A stretch of DNA of 58,141 bases from Hyphomicrobiaceae bacterium (lineage in GTDB: Bacteria > Pseudomonadota > Alphaproteobacteria > Rhizobiales > Hyphomicrobiaceae), in contig DASTOW010000393.1 of the NCBI GenBank assembly GCA_035762425.1, forward strand, positions 1-58,141. Reading direction: 5' to 3'. Below the pieces are notes generated by a model, which was given only the letters and a program-made list of their open reading frames with translations, ran no database searches and had not been told where the DNA came from. Of the stretch, positions 48,929 to 58,141 are shown one piece after another; position 1 is the first letter of the stretch, and each line of letters opens with the position of its first letter. A program made the translations under genes and the position numbers.

Positions 48929-50179
48929 ATGTTCACCTTGCTCGACGTCCTGCTGCGCCGCATTGTTCGGCACGGCGACCTGACTGTGACCGACGCCTCC
49001 GGCGTCGCGCGCCACTATGGCGACGGCAGCGGCCCACCCGTAGCGCTGCTCCTCACCGATCTCAAGATCGAGCGCCGCCTGGTGCGCGACCCGCAACTGG
49101 CGCTGGGCGAGGCCTACATGGACGGCCAGCTCGTAATGCAGCAGGGGCGCATCTATGACCTGCTCGAATTGGTCCTGAGCAACGCTCAGTGGCAGGAATT
49201 TCCGGCCTGGACCAAAGGTCTCGATGCCACCCGCTACCTCGTTCGCCGCATGCTGCAGCTCAACTCGAAGCGGCGGTCGCAGCGCAACGTGGCCCATCAC
49301 TACGACATCGACGGCAGCATCTACGATCTGTTCCTCGACGACGACCGACAGTACTCGTGTGGATATTTCGAGGACACCGACGATCTCAACATTGCCCAGC
49401 TCGCCAAGAAGCGTCACATCGCCGCCAAGCTCGCCATCGAGCCCGGCCAGCGCGTGCTCGACATCGGCTCAGGCTGGGGCGGCCTCGGGTTGTATCTCGC
49501 CAAGACTGCCGAATGCGACGTGACCGGCGTCACGCTCAGTAAAGAACAGCACAAGATCTCGCAGGAACGCAGTGCCAGGGAAGGCCTCGCCCGCTCCGTA
49601 CGCTTCGAGTTCAAGGATTACCGCAAGGTTAGCGGACAGTTCGACCGCATCGTCTCGGTGGGCATGTTCGAGCACGTCGGCGTCAATCACTTCACCACCT
49701 ACTTCCGCAAGGTGCGCGACCTGCTCGCTCAGAACGGTGTCGCGCTCATCCACACCATCGGCCGATCCGAGCCGCCATCGACCACCGCGGGCTTCATTGC
49801 CAAGTACATCTTCCCGGGAGGCTATATTCCCGCCCTATCTGAGTTGACGGCTGCCGTTGAACATTCCGGTCTGATCATCGCGGACGTTGAGATCTTGCGC
49901 CTGCACTACGCCAAGACCTTGCGTGCCTGGCGCGAGCGCTTCCTTGCCAACTGGGACAAGGCGGCGGCCATCCGCGACGAGCGCTTCTGCCGCATGTGGG
50001 AGTTCTATCTTGCCGCGTCTGAGGCAGCGTTCCGCTACCAGGGGCTGGTGATATTCCAGGTGCAGCTGGTGCGCCACGTCGATGCGCTGCCGCTGACCCG
50101 CAACTACATGTACACCGACGAGCATCGCCTGCTGGAGCGCGACCGCATTACCCAGCACCCCCTGATGGCCGGAGAGTAG
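48929..50179 (+). CDS. cfa: Cyclopropane-fatty-acyl-phospholipid synthase family methyltransferase
   Basis: HYDIDGSIYDLFLDDDRQYSCGYF and the SAM motif VLDIGSGWGGL. Confidence 0.9.
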   Translation: MFTLLDVLLRRIVRHGDLTVTDASGVARHYGDGSGPPVALLLTDLKIERRLVRDPQLALGEAYMDGQLVMQQGRIYDLLELVLSNAQWQEFPAWTKGLDATRYLVRRMLQLNSKRRSQRNVAHHYDIDGSIYDLFLDDDRQYSCGYFEDTDDLNIAQLAKKRHIAAKLAIEPGQRVLDIGSGWGGLGLYLAKTAECDVTGVTLSKEQHKISQERSAREGLARSVRFEFKDYRKVSGQFDRIVSVGMFEHVGVNHFTTYFRKVRDLLAQNGVALIHTIGRSEPPSTTAGFIAKYIFPGGYIPALSELTAAVEHSGLIIADVEILRLHYAKTLRAWRERFLANWDKAAAIRDERFCRMWEFYLAASEAAFRYQGLVIFQVQLVRHVDALPLTRNYMYTDEHRLLERDRITQHPLMAGE

Positions 50180-50402
50180 CGCGGCCATCCGGGAGTTCAC
50201 GGGTCGCGAAATGTCAGGCACCCAGAAGCTGGGCGGTGCGACCCACCGCGCTGGGTCCGGGCTCTGAGGCCAAGGCCTCGGCCTGGGTGACAGGTCGTTG
50301 ATTCGCGCATCAGCCAAACAAATAGTTCAGCGTGTGTGCAAAACGGGGTGAACGGGTACCCCTTACATCTTGTGCGCGGCGGAATCGGCTAAGCCACCCG
50401 GC

Positions 50403-51926
50403 ATGAACGCACCCGCCCGCAAGCCCGCCGCCACTGCGCCTGAAGCCCAACCGGCCGATGCGCTGCCCTTCCGCACCGCACCCCACAACATCGAGGCCGA
50501 GCAGGCGTTGCTCGGCGCCATTCTTGTCAACAATGAGTCGCACGACCGCGTCTCGGGCTTCCTGGAGCCGGAGCACTTCTACGATCCGCTGCACCAGCAG
50601 ATCTACGAGACTGCGGCCAAGCTCATCACGTCGGGCAAGCAGGCGACGCCCATCACACTCAAGACCTTCTTTGACAAATCGGAGCCGATCGATGCCGGCC
50701 TGACGGTGCCGCAATATCTGGGACGGCTTGCCGCCAATGCTGCCACCATCATCAACGCGCGCGACTACGGACGCACCATCCACGACCTCGCCACCCGTCG
50801 GCAGCTGATCCTGATCGGCGAGGACATGGTCAACGTCGCCTTCGACTCGCCGGTGGACTTCCCGCCGAAGGAGCAGATCGAGGAGGCCGAGACGCGCCTG
50901 TTCGCGCTCGCCGAGACCGACAAATATGGCCAAGGCTTTCTCGGCTTCAATACCGCACTCACCAACGCCATCGACATGGCCGGCAACGCCTACAAGCGCG
51001 ACGGCAACCTGTCCGGCATCTCGACCAAGTTCGTCGGCCTCGACAACAAGATGGGTGGGCTGCAGTCGTCCGACCTGATCATCCTCGCGGGCCGTCCATC
51101 GATGGGCAAAACGGCGCTCGCCACCAACATCGCCTTCAACGTGGCACGCTCGCGCCTGCGCTCGCTTACAGAGCGACCTGACCTACCACCCGACGATCCA
51201 GGCCACGACGGCGGCGTGGTTGGATTCTTTTCGCTAGAAATGTCGGCCGAGCAGCTCGCCACCCGCATCCTGTCGGAGCAGGCCGGCATCGGCTCCGAGA
51301 AGATCCGACGCGGCATGATATCCGAGCAGGAGTTCAAGCAGCTGGTCGCAGTCAGCCAGGAAATGGCGGCGATCCCGCTCTACATCGACCAGACCGGCGG
51401 CATATCGATTGCCCAGCTCTCTGCCCGCGCCCGCCGCCTCAAGCGCCAGCACGGCCTCGGCCTGGTCATCGTCGACTACCTCCAGTTGATGACCGGCAAC
51501 TCCAGCAAGAGCGACAACCGTGTTCAGGAGGTCTCGCAGATCACGACCGGACTCAAGGCGCTGGCCAAGGAGCTGAACGTTCCGATCATCGCCCTGTCGC
51601 AGCTCTCGCGTGCGGTCGAGAACCGCGAGGACAAGCGCCCGCAGCTCGCCGACCTGCGTGAATCAGGTTCCATCGAGCAGGACGCCGATATCGTCATGTT
51701 CGTGTTTCGCGAGGAATATTACGTTGAGCGCACCAAGCCAGCCGAAGGCACCGCCGAATTCCAAGAATGGCTGGCGAAAATGAGTATTATCAACGGCAAG
51801 GCCGAGGTCATCATCGGCAAGCAGCGGCATGGCCCGATCGGCACCGTGAACTTGCAGTTCGATGGTGCCGTTACCCGCTTCTCGGATCTTGCCAACGACC
51901 AGTATCTGCCGGAGCGTAGAGAGTGA
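50403..51926 (+). CDS. dnaB: Replicative DNA helicase DnaB
   Basis: PHNIEAEQALLGAIL, Walker A GRPSMGKTAL, DYLQLM and SQLSRAVE motifs. Confidence 0.96.
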   Translation: MNAPARKPAATAPEAQPADALPFRTAPHNIEAEQALLGAILVNNESHDRVSGFLEPEHFYDPLHQQIYETAAKLITSGKQATPITLKTFFDKSEPIDAGLTVPQYLGRLAANAATIINARDYGRTIHDLATRRQLILIGEDMVNVAFDSPVDFPPKEQIEEAETRLFALAETDKYGQGFLGFNTALTNAIDMAGNAYKRDGNLSGISTKFVGLDNKMGGLQSSDLIILAGRPSMGKTALATNIAFNVARSRLRSLTERPDLPPDDPGHDGGVVGFFSLEMSAEQLATRILSEQAGIGSEKIRRGMISEQEFKQLVAVSQEMAAIPLYIDQTGGISIAQLSARARRLKRQHGLGLVIVDYLQLMTGNSSKSDNRVQEVSQITTGLKALAKELNVPIIALSQLSRAVENREDKRPQLADLRESGSIEQDADIVMFVFREEYYVERTKPAEGTAEFQEWLAKMSIINGKAEVIIGKQRHGPIGTVNLQFDGAVTRFSDLANDQYLPERRE

Positions 51927-53089
51927 AACTGAAGGATCAGCACGGCCCCGCCACAGCCCGCGCACGGCGCGCTGTTCCCTTGTCGGCGCGAGCGGTGCTG
52001 ACCGTCGACCTCAATGCCTTGCGCGGCAACTGGGCACGCCTCAACCAGGCCTCGGGCCGCGCTGAATGCGCGGGCGTCATCAAGGCCGACGCCTATGGTC
52101 TCGGGATCGGGCCGATTGCCAAGGCGCTCACCAACGAGGGCTGCAAGACGTTTTTCGTCGCCTCGCTTGATGAAGGTCGCGTCGCCCGCGAGGTCCAGCC
52201 CGGCGCCACGGTCTATGTCCTCGACGGCTTGTTGTCCGGCGCCGAGCCGCACTATGCCGGCTTCGATCTGCGGCCTGTGCTCGGCAGCATCGCCGAGGTA
52301 CGTGACTGGGCGGCCTATAGCCGCGCGCGCGGACGGCGCCTGCCGGCCGCGATCCACATCGACACCGGCATCAACCGGCTCGGCATGCCCGACTACGAGG
52401 TCGACCAGCTGGCCGCCGAGCCGGCGCTGCTCGAGGCCTTCGACCTCACCCTGGTGATGAGCCATCTTGCCTGCGCCGACACCCCCGACAGCCCGATCAA
52501 CAACCTGCAGCGCCAGCGCTTCGAGAGCCTGCGCGCCAAGCTGCCGCCGGCACCAGCTAGTCTTGCCAATTCGGGCGGACTGTTCCTTGGACCTGCCTAC
52601 CACTTCGACCTTGTACGCCCGGGCATTGCCCTCTACGGCGGCCGCGCGCACGAGGGCAAGCCCAACCCGATGCAAACGGTCGTCCGTCTCGCCGCCAAGA
52701 TCCTTCAGGTGCGCGACCTCGCCCCCGGCGCCACCATCGGCTACGGTGCCACCTTCCGCGTCTCGCGTCCCTCGCGCATCGCCACCATTGCGGTCGGCTA
52801 CGCCGACGGCTTCCTGCGCGCCTTGAGCGTGGCGACGGGCGAGGCCGGCCCGGTGGGCTTTGTCGGCGACTATCCGGTGCCGATCGTTGGCCGCGTATCG
52901 ATGGATTTCATCACGGTCGACGTCACCGACGTGCCGCCAGAGCTAACCCGCCGCGGCGCCTGGGTGGAGGTGATGGGCGATCGCGTGACCGTCGACGACC
53001 TGACCGACCGGGCGGGGACGATCGGCTACGAGCTGCTCTCGCGCCTTGGTCCGCGCGTCTATCGCGTCTACGAGGAAGCGGAGAGCTGA
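51923..53089 (+). CDS. alr: Alanine racemase
   Basis: VIKADAYGLG (PLP lysine) and the overall pattern. There is a 4-nt overlap with dnaB. Confidence 0.92.
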   Translation: MKLKDQHGPATARARRAVPLSARAVLTVDLNALRGNWARLNQASGRAECAGVIKADAYGLGIGPIAKALTNEGCKTFFVASLDEGRVAREVQPGATVYVLDGLLSGAEPHYAGFDLRPVLGSIAEVRDWAAYSRARGRRLPAAIHIDTGINRLGMPDYEVDQLAAEPALLEAFDLTLVMSHLACADTPDSPINNLQRQRFESLRAKLPPAPASLANSGGLFLGPAYHFDLVRPGIALYGGRAHEGKPNPMQTVVRLAAKILQVRDLAPGATIGYGATFRVSRPSRIATIAVGYADGFLRALSVATGEAGPVGFVGDYPVPIVGRVSMDFITVDVTDVPPELTRRGAWVEVMGDRVTVDDLTDRAGTIGYELLSRLGPRVYRVYEEAES

Positions 53090-53093
53090 GCCC

Positions 53094-54467
53094 TTGGCCA
53101 AGACCGCCCGTAGTAGCTTCGTTTGCCAGAACTGCGGGGCAGTGGCGTCGCGCTGGATGGGCAAATGCGCCTCCTGCGGAGAATGGAACAGCATCGTCGA
53201 GGAAGCCGACAGCACGCCCATGCCGGGCTCGGGGATGAGCAAGTCCGCCAAGGGCCGCATCGTCGTCCTCGAGACGCTAACGCACCCCGGCGACGACAAG
53301 ATCACGCGTCTCGCAACCGGCCTCGCCGAGCTCGATCGCGTTACCGGTGGCGGCATCGTCCCGGGCTCCGCTCTTTTGATCGGTGGCGAACCTGGTATCG
53401 GCAAATCGACCCTGCTCCTGCAGCTCGCCGCCGCCTTCGCCAAGGCTGGCCGGCGCGCCGTCTATTTCACGGGCGAAGAGGCAGCCGCCCAGGTGCGCTT
53501 GCGCGCTGACCGGCTCGGCCTCGCCAAGGCACCGCTGGCACTCGCCAGCGAAACCAACGTATCCAACATCCTGGCGACGCTCGCCGACGGACCACATGCG
53601 GACCTCGTCGTCATCGATTCCATCCAGACTTTGTGGGCCGATGCGCTGGAAGCTGCACCCGGCACCGTCAGCCAGGTGCGCGCGGCCACGCAGTCGCTGG
53701 TGCGCTACGCCAAGGCACAGGGCAGCGCGCTGCTGCTGGTTGGCCATGTCACCAAGGACGGCCAGATCGCTGGCCCCAAGGTGATCGAGCACATGGTCGA
53801 CACGGTGCTCTATTTCGAGGGCGACCGCGGCCATCCCTATCGCATCCTGCGCGCCGCCAAGAACCGCTTCGGCGCCACCGACGAGATCGGCGTGTTCGAG
53901 ATGGCCTCCGACGGCCTGCGCGAGGTTGCCAATCCCTCCGAGCTGTTCCTGGGCGACCGGCTGGCGCGTGCTCCGGGCTCGGCCGTGTTCGCCGGCGTCG
54001 AAGGCACACGGCCGATCCTAGTGGAGATCCAGGCGCTGGTGGTGCCGTCGGGTCTGGGCACGCCACGGCGTGCGGTTGTGGGATGGGACAGCAACCGCCT
54101 GTCGATGCTGCTGGCGGTCATCGATGCGCGCTGCGGCGTCAGCTTTGCCCAGCACGACGTCTATCTCAATGTCGCAGGCGGTCTGCGCATCGCCGAGCCC
54201 GCCGCCGATCTGGCTGCGGCAGCCGCCCTGCTGTCGTCGATTTCAGGCGTGGCGCTCGACCCCGATCGCGTCACCTTCGGGGAAATCAGCCTGTCGGGGG
54301 CGGTGCGTCCGGCCGGCCACATGCTGACGCGGCTCAAGGAAGCCAAGAAACTCGGGTTCAAGCAGGCCGTCATCCCGGCCGCCGGCGATCTTGACGGCGG
54401 GCAGGTGAAGCTCAAACTTGCGCGCATTGACCACGTCAAAGGGCTCGCCGGGGCACTCGGGCTATAA
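53094..54467 (+). CDS. radA: DNA repair protein RadA
   Basis: TTG at 53094 gives LAKTARSSFVCQNCG...CASCGEWNS (zinc finger). It also has Walker A GGEPGIGKSTLLLQ, KNRFG and a Lon-like C-domain. Confidence 0.93.
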   Translation: MAKTARSSFVCQNCGAVASRWMGKCASCGEWNSIVEEADSTPMPGSGMSKSAKGRIVVLETLTHPGDDKITRLATGLAELDRVTGGGIVPGSALLIGGEPGIGKSTLLLQLAAAFAKAGRRAVYFTGEEAAAQVRLRADRLGLAKAPLALASETNVSNILATLADGPHADLVVIDSIQTLWADALEAAPGTVSQVRAATQSLVRYAKAQGSALLLVGHVTKDGQIAGPKVIEHMVDTVLYFEGDRGHPYRILRAAKNRFGATDEIGVFEMASDGLREVANPSELFLGDRLARAPGSAVFAGVEGTRPILVEIQALVVPSGLGTPRRAVVGWDSNRLSMLLAVIDARCGVSFAQHDVYLNVAGGLRIAEPAADLAAAAALLSSISGVALDPDRVTFGEISLSGAVRPAGHMLTRLKEAKKLGFKQAVIPAAGDLDGGQVKLKLARIDHVKGLAGALGL

Positions 54468-54594
54468 ATTCCATGCCGACATGCATCGACACCCCTGGCA
54501 GGCCGGGCCGAGTTGGGTTATCGGCCTGTTGTGGACAAGGACTAGCCAAAGGGTCGGGCGAGGCGCGCACTCGCTGCTGCCGAGGAAACAGACC

Positions 54595-55191
54595 ATGACC
54601 GGTTTCGGCCTCACACTACTCGATCTTGCCTTGCTGGCGATCCTGGCCATCTCCGGCCTGGTGGCCATGTACCGCGGCCTGACGCGCGAGGTTCTCTCCA
54701 TCCTGTCCTGGGTGGTGGCGGCTGGCGCCGTTGCCTACTTCATCAAGTATCACCGGGGTGTAGCCGAGGAACTCGCCAAGCAATTCTCCGATCCCGTTCA
54801 GACATCGCACATCTACATCGCCCAGGTGGCGATCGGCGCCCCGCTATTCGTAATCGTCCTGATCATCGTTCATCTGATCACATCGCGCATCTCCGACACC
54901 GTGCTCGACAGCCGGGTCGGGGCCATCGACCGCATCCTCGGGCTCGCCTTCGGCGTCGTGCGCGGGTTCGTGCTGGTGGTGATCCCCTACATGTTTGCCG
55001 TCTCCTTCGTGTGCAAAGAGAGCGTCTCCCGCTCCACAACTCAAGGTTGCAAGAAGGGAGAATTGCCGATGTGGGTGGAGAACGCCAAGTCCCTCACGCT
55101 GATCAGCAACACCAGCAGCACGCTGTTCTCCATCCTGTCGCGCTATGCACCGTCTCCTTCAATTGGGACTGGTGAACAACAGCAAGGCTGA
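54595..55191 (+). CDS. cvpA: Colicin V production protein CvpA family membrane protein
   Basis: It has four hydrophobic helices and a typical N-terminus (LLDLALLAILAISGLVAMYRGLTRE). Its position upstream of purF also fits. Confidence 0.85.
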   Translation: MTGFGLTLLDLALLAILAISGLVAMYRGLTREVLSILSWVVAAGAVAYFIKYHRGVAEELAKQFSDPVQTSHIYIAQVAIGAPLFVIVLIIVHLITSRISDTVLDSRVGAIDRILGLAFGVVRGFVLVVIPYMFAVSFVCKESVSRSTTQGCKKGELPMWVENAKSLTLISNTSSTLFSILSRYAPSPSIGTGEQQQG

Positions 55192-55339
55192 TTCCTTGCG
55201 AAACATAACAGTCGTATGAGCGCACCCCGTGGCCAGTGGTCGCCGCGTGGCCTATATGAGTGGCACTTTGCGGTGCGACCGCAGTCGCAGGACGGTAAGG
55301 CGGCGTGCGCGAGCCAGCGGGACGCAGGAGAGGCCGGCC

Positions 55340-56830
55340 ATGATCCTTGGACGTGACGAGGGTGCTGCGCTGTCGAAACCCGACGGCGGCCCCGCGGATG
55401 ATCGGTTGCGCGAGGAGTGCGGAGTGTTCGGCATCTTCGGCAATGATGATGCCGCGGCCCTGACGGCGCTCGGCCTTCACTCGCTGCAGCATCGCGGCCA
55501 GGAAGCAGCCGGCATGGTCACCTACGAGAACGGCCACTTCCACTCCGAACGGCGCCTGGGTCTGGTCGGCGACAACTTCAACAAGGCCGACGTGATTGGC
55601 CGTCTGACCGGCAGCAGCGCGCTTGGCCATGTGCGCTACTCCACCACCGGCGACACCATCCTGCGCAACGTGCAGCCCCTGTTTGCCGACCTCGACACCG
55701 GCGGCTTCGCTGTGGCCCACAACGGCAACCTCACCAACGCGCTGACCCTGCGCAAGGCGCTCATCTCCTCGGGCGCCATCTGCCAGTCGACCTCGGACAC
55801 CGAGGTCATCCTCCATCTCATAGCCCGCTCCCAGCGCCGCCGCATCATCGAGCGCTTCATCGAGGCCGTGCGCCAGATCCAGGGCGCCTACTCCCTCGTC
55901 TGTCTCACCAACGACATGCTGATCGGCGCGCGCGACCCGATCGGCATCCGCCCGCTGGTGCTTGGCCGTCTCGGCTCTGCCTATGTGCTGGCCTCGGAGA
56001 CCTGCGCACTCGATATCGTCGGCGCGGAGTTCATCCGCGAGGTTGAGAATGGCGAGATCGTCACCATCACCAAGGATGGCGTCGAGAGCCACCGGCCGTT
56101 CCCCATGCGGCCGGCGCGGCCCTGCATCTTCGAGTACATCTATTTCTCCCGGCCCGACTCCATCGTCGGCGGCCGCAACGTCTATGACATCCGCAAGCAG
56201 ATGGGCATGCAGCTTGCCAAGGAGGCACCCGCGGTCAACGCCGATGTGGTGATCCCTGTGCCGGACTCGGGCGTGCCTGCTGCGATCGGCTTTGCCCAGC
56301 AGAGTGGTATTCCCTTCGAGCTTGGCATCATCCGCAATCACTACGTTGGCCGTACATTCATCGAGCCCGAGCAGCGCATCCGCCAGCTCGGCGTCAAGCT
56401 CAAGCACTCGGCCAATGCCAGCGCCGTGCGCGGCAATCGCATCGTGCTGATCGACGACAGCGTGGTGCGCGGCACCACCTCGAAGAAGATCGTGCAAATG
56501 ATGTTCGAGGCCGGAGCCCGCGAGGTGCACATGCGCATTTCGAGCCCGCCCATCACGCATCCGGACTTCTACGGCATTGACACGCCGCGCAAGGACGAGC
56601 TGCTTGCCGCCAACATGAGCGTGGAGGAGATGCGTCAGTTCATGGGTGCATCCAGCTTGGCCTTCCTGTCGGTGGACGGCATCTACCGCGCGCTCGGACA
56701 CGAGAAGCGCGATGCGCGAGCCCCGCAGTTCACGGACCACTGTTTTACCGGCGACTATCCGACCGACCTCGTCGACCAGAACGGCCGCGCCAGCTCCGAC
56801 CAGCTCTCCTTCCTGTCGGAGGTGCGCTGA
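55340..56830 (+). CDS. purF: Amidophosphoribosyltransferase
   Basis: CGVFGIFG (the catalytic Cys after a ~25-aa propeptide), a PRT motif VVLIDDSVVRGTT-like (IVLIDDSVVRGTT), and C-terminal Cys residues. Confidence 0.95.
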   Translation: MILGRDEGAALSKPDGGPADDRLREECGVFGIFGNDDAAALTALGLHSLQHRGQEAAGMVTYENGHFHSERRLGLVGDNFNKADVIGRLTGSSALGHVRYSTTGDTILRNVQPLFADLDTGGFAVAHNGNLTNALTLRKALISSGAICQSTSDTEVILHLIARSQRRRIIERFIEAVRQIQGAYSLVCLTNDMLIGARDPIGIRPLVLGRLGSAYVLASETCALDIVGAEFIREVENGEIVTITKDGVESHRPFPMRPARPCIFEYIYFSRPDSIVGGRNVYDIRKQMGMQLAKEAPAVNADVVIPVPDSGVPAAIGFAQQSGIPFELGIIRNHYVGRTFIEPEQRIRQLGVKLKHSANASAVRGNRIVLIDDSVVRGTTSKKIVQMMFEAGAREVHMRISSPPITHPDFYGIDTPRKDELLAANMSVEEMRQFMGASSLAFLSVDGIYRALGHEKRDARAPQFTDHCFTGDYPTDLVDQNGRASSDQLSFLSEVR

Positions 56831-56978
56831 CCGGCGCTGTCGACCCGTCCAAGGCCGCTTGCTGTGGGCCGAATGACATTTCGGTAACCTGCCGGACTCC
56901 GCGTATTTGCGCCACGGTTTGTCGCTATTTGCGCGCCAGATTGGCTCACCGGATCCGCCACCTCCAGGAGACGCCGCC

Positions 56979-58141
56979 ATGACTTCCGCCGCCTCGCGCC
57001 TCGTGCTCGTCTGTGGCCTCGCGCTCGCCACGCTGCCGACGGGCGCCGGCGCAGTCACCTCCCAAGTCAACACTGGCGGTGCGGGCGGAGCCTACGAGGC
57101 GAGCTTCTGCCCCGCCCTGGTCGGCCAGCTCAAGCTGGCGCAGTTCGACTACAAGTGCACACCCTCGAGCGGTACGCGCGAGAACATGCAGCGCGTGCTC
57201 GCCGACCCGCACCAGCTCGGCTACGGCCAGCTCGACGTGTTCGTGCTGGAGGGCCGTGAATTGAAGGCCGACACCGCCTTCGCCATCGCCCGCCAGGACG
57301 ACGCGCGCGAGTGCGTGTTCGCCGTCACGCGCAACAAGGACATCGCCAATTGGGGCCAGCTCGCGGCCTACGCCGACAAACTGCGCTTCATCCTGCCGCC
57401 GGCCGGCTCGGGCAGCGCCGGCACTTTCCAGTTTCTGCGCAGCATCGATGCCGATGGGCTGGGCAATGCCAAAGCCGTCAGCAACGCCGCCTCAACGGAG
57501 GACGCCATCCGCGAGGCGCTGTCGGCCGATGATACGGTGAGCCTGTTCGTGCAGTTCGCCGACCCAGACAATGCGCGCTTCGATCTCATTCGCAACCTTG
57601 GCGGCCACCTGGTGGCGGTGATCGATCGCAACATCCTGCGCCAGGAGGTGGGTGGCAAGAAGGTCTACTTTGCGCAGGAGACGCAGGTCGAGAACGCGCA
57701 GTGGATCAAGCAGGGTCGCAAGCTGGTCACCGCCTGCACGCCGGTGGTGTTGTTTACCGGCAATCCCGATCGCGTGCAGGGCGAGCAGGCCAAGAAGGAC
57801 CACGCAGACCTGATCCGCACGGTGGGCGGTCTCAAGGCGGGCGAGCTGTTGCCGAGCGAGCCGCTGTTCCAGCGCCTCATCAAGCGCACTAAGGAACTGT
57901 CAGCCGTCAGCACCGAGAAGCTGCTGGAGGCGACTGAGGAGGCCCGCCAGAAGGCCCGGCCCTATACCGAGAAGGCGCTGGAGACCGCCAAGGAGACCGT
58001 CGAACAGGCCAAGCAGGCGACCGAACGCGCGAGCGAAGCCGCCAAGCCCTACATCGACAAGTCCAAAGAGGCGGCGCAGAAGGCCTACGAGGACGCGCTC
58101 AAGACCGCCAAGGACCTAATGGACAAATCCAAGTCCGAGCC
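56979..58141 (+). CDS. Secreted TAXI/PhnD-like solute-binding-fold protein with a C-terminal Lys/Glu/Ala-rich helical repeat tail. The 3' end runs off the window.
   Basis: Hand translation; the ORF is not in the track because it has no stop in the window. AGGAG lies upstream of the ATG at 56979. A signal peptide (MTSAASRLVLVCGLALATLPTGAGA) is followed by TGGAGGAYEASFCPAL...GSGSAGTFQFL, an SBP-like segment. From about 57880 the tail reads EEARQKARPYTEKALETAKETVEQAKQATERASEAAKPYIDKSKEAAQKAYEDALKTAKDLMDKSK. Confidence 0.65.
   Translation, partial: MTSAASRLVLVCGLALATLPTGAGAVTSQVNTGGAGGAYEASFCPALVGQLKLAQFDYKCTPSSGTRENMQRVLADPHQLGYGQLDVFVLEGRELKADTAFAIARQDDARECVFAVTRNKDIANWGQLAAYADKLRFILPPAGSGSAGTFQFLRSIDADGLGNAKAVSNAASTEDAIREALSADDTVSLFVQFADPDNARFDLIRNLGGHLVAVIDRNILRQEVGGKKVYFAQETQVENAQWIKQGRKLVTACTPVVLFTGNPDRVQGEQAKKDHADLIRTVGGLKAGELLPSEPLFQRLIKRTKELSAVSTEKLLEATEEARQKARPYTEKALETAKETVEQAKQATERASEAAKPYIDKSKEAAQKAYEDALKTAKDLMDKSKSE

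Noticed and set aside
55103-57073. 656-aa minus-strand ORF, the longest alternative ORF in the window.
   Set aside because: It is antisense to purF (CGVFGI and PRT motifs on the plus strand) and its translation is featureless and Ala/Gly/Arg-rich.
1-58141. A scan for tRNA or rRNA genes, transposases, integrases, toxin-antitoxin pairs and known defence-system genes.
   Set aside because: I saw no T-loop-like GGTTCGAATCC-type tRNA signature outside coding sequence, no rRNA-like conserved stretches and no recombinase or nuclease motifs in any credible ORF. Absence is by eye only; tRNAscan-SE, Infernal or DefenseFinder would be decisive.

Overview
High-GC chromosomal segment, alphaproteobacterial and Hyphomicrobiales/Rhizobiales-like judging by gene content and synteny. 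It is densely coding, with about 50 genes, almost all housekeeping. Recognisable blocks: an IlvD/Edd dehydratase cluster; mazG; arfB; pepA; dusB-ntrBC; ispDF; hflX-hfq-dat-ntrXY; lptFG-lptD-surA-pdxA-rsmA; gmk-yicC-mltG-fabF-acpP-fabG-fabD; rpsF-rpsR-(membrane protein)-rplI; cfa; dnaB-alr-radA-cvpA-purF. I found no rRNA, tRNA, transposase, integrase, prophage or CRISPR array. The ORF track omits ORFs that run off the window edges; I translated two such genes by hand (1..3047 minus strand, 56979..58141 plus strand). The most unusual item is the left-edge gene. It encodes a protein of at least 1015 aa with an N-terminal hydrophobic helix, an unassigned ~290-aa region, two AAA+ modules (the second a clear ClpA/ClpB D2 type) and a C-terminal region resembling domains 1-2 of class I release factor RF2. 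Secondary observations: (a) the ntr/hfq/ispDF block looks like a circular permutation of the usual Rhizobiales order, sitting between pepA and lptF; (b) a ~3.7-kb accessory insert between rsmA and gmk carries a TPR/Pro-Lys-repeat protein, an epoxide hydrolase, Ohr and a decayed repeat-bearing tail; (c) short tandem repeats, an AT-rich palindromic island, and several low-complexity extensions on housekeeping proteins. All family assignments come from motifs read in the translations. No database search was run.
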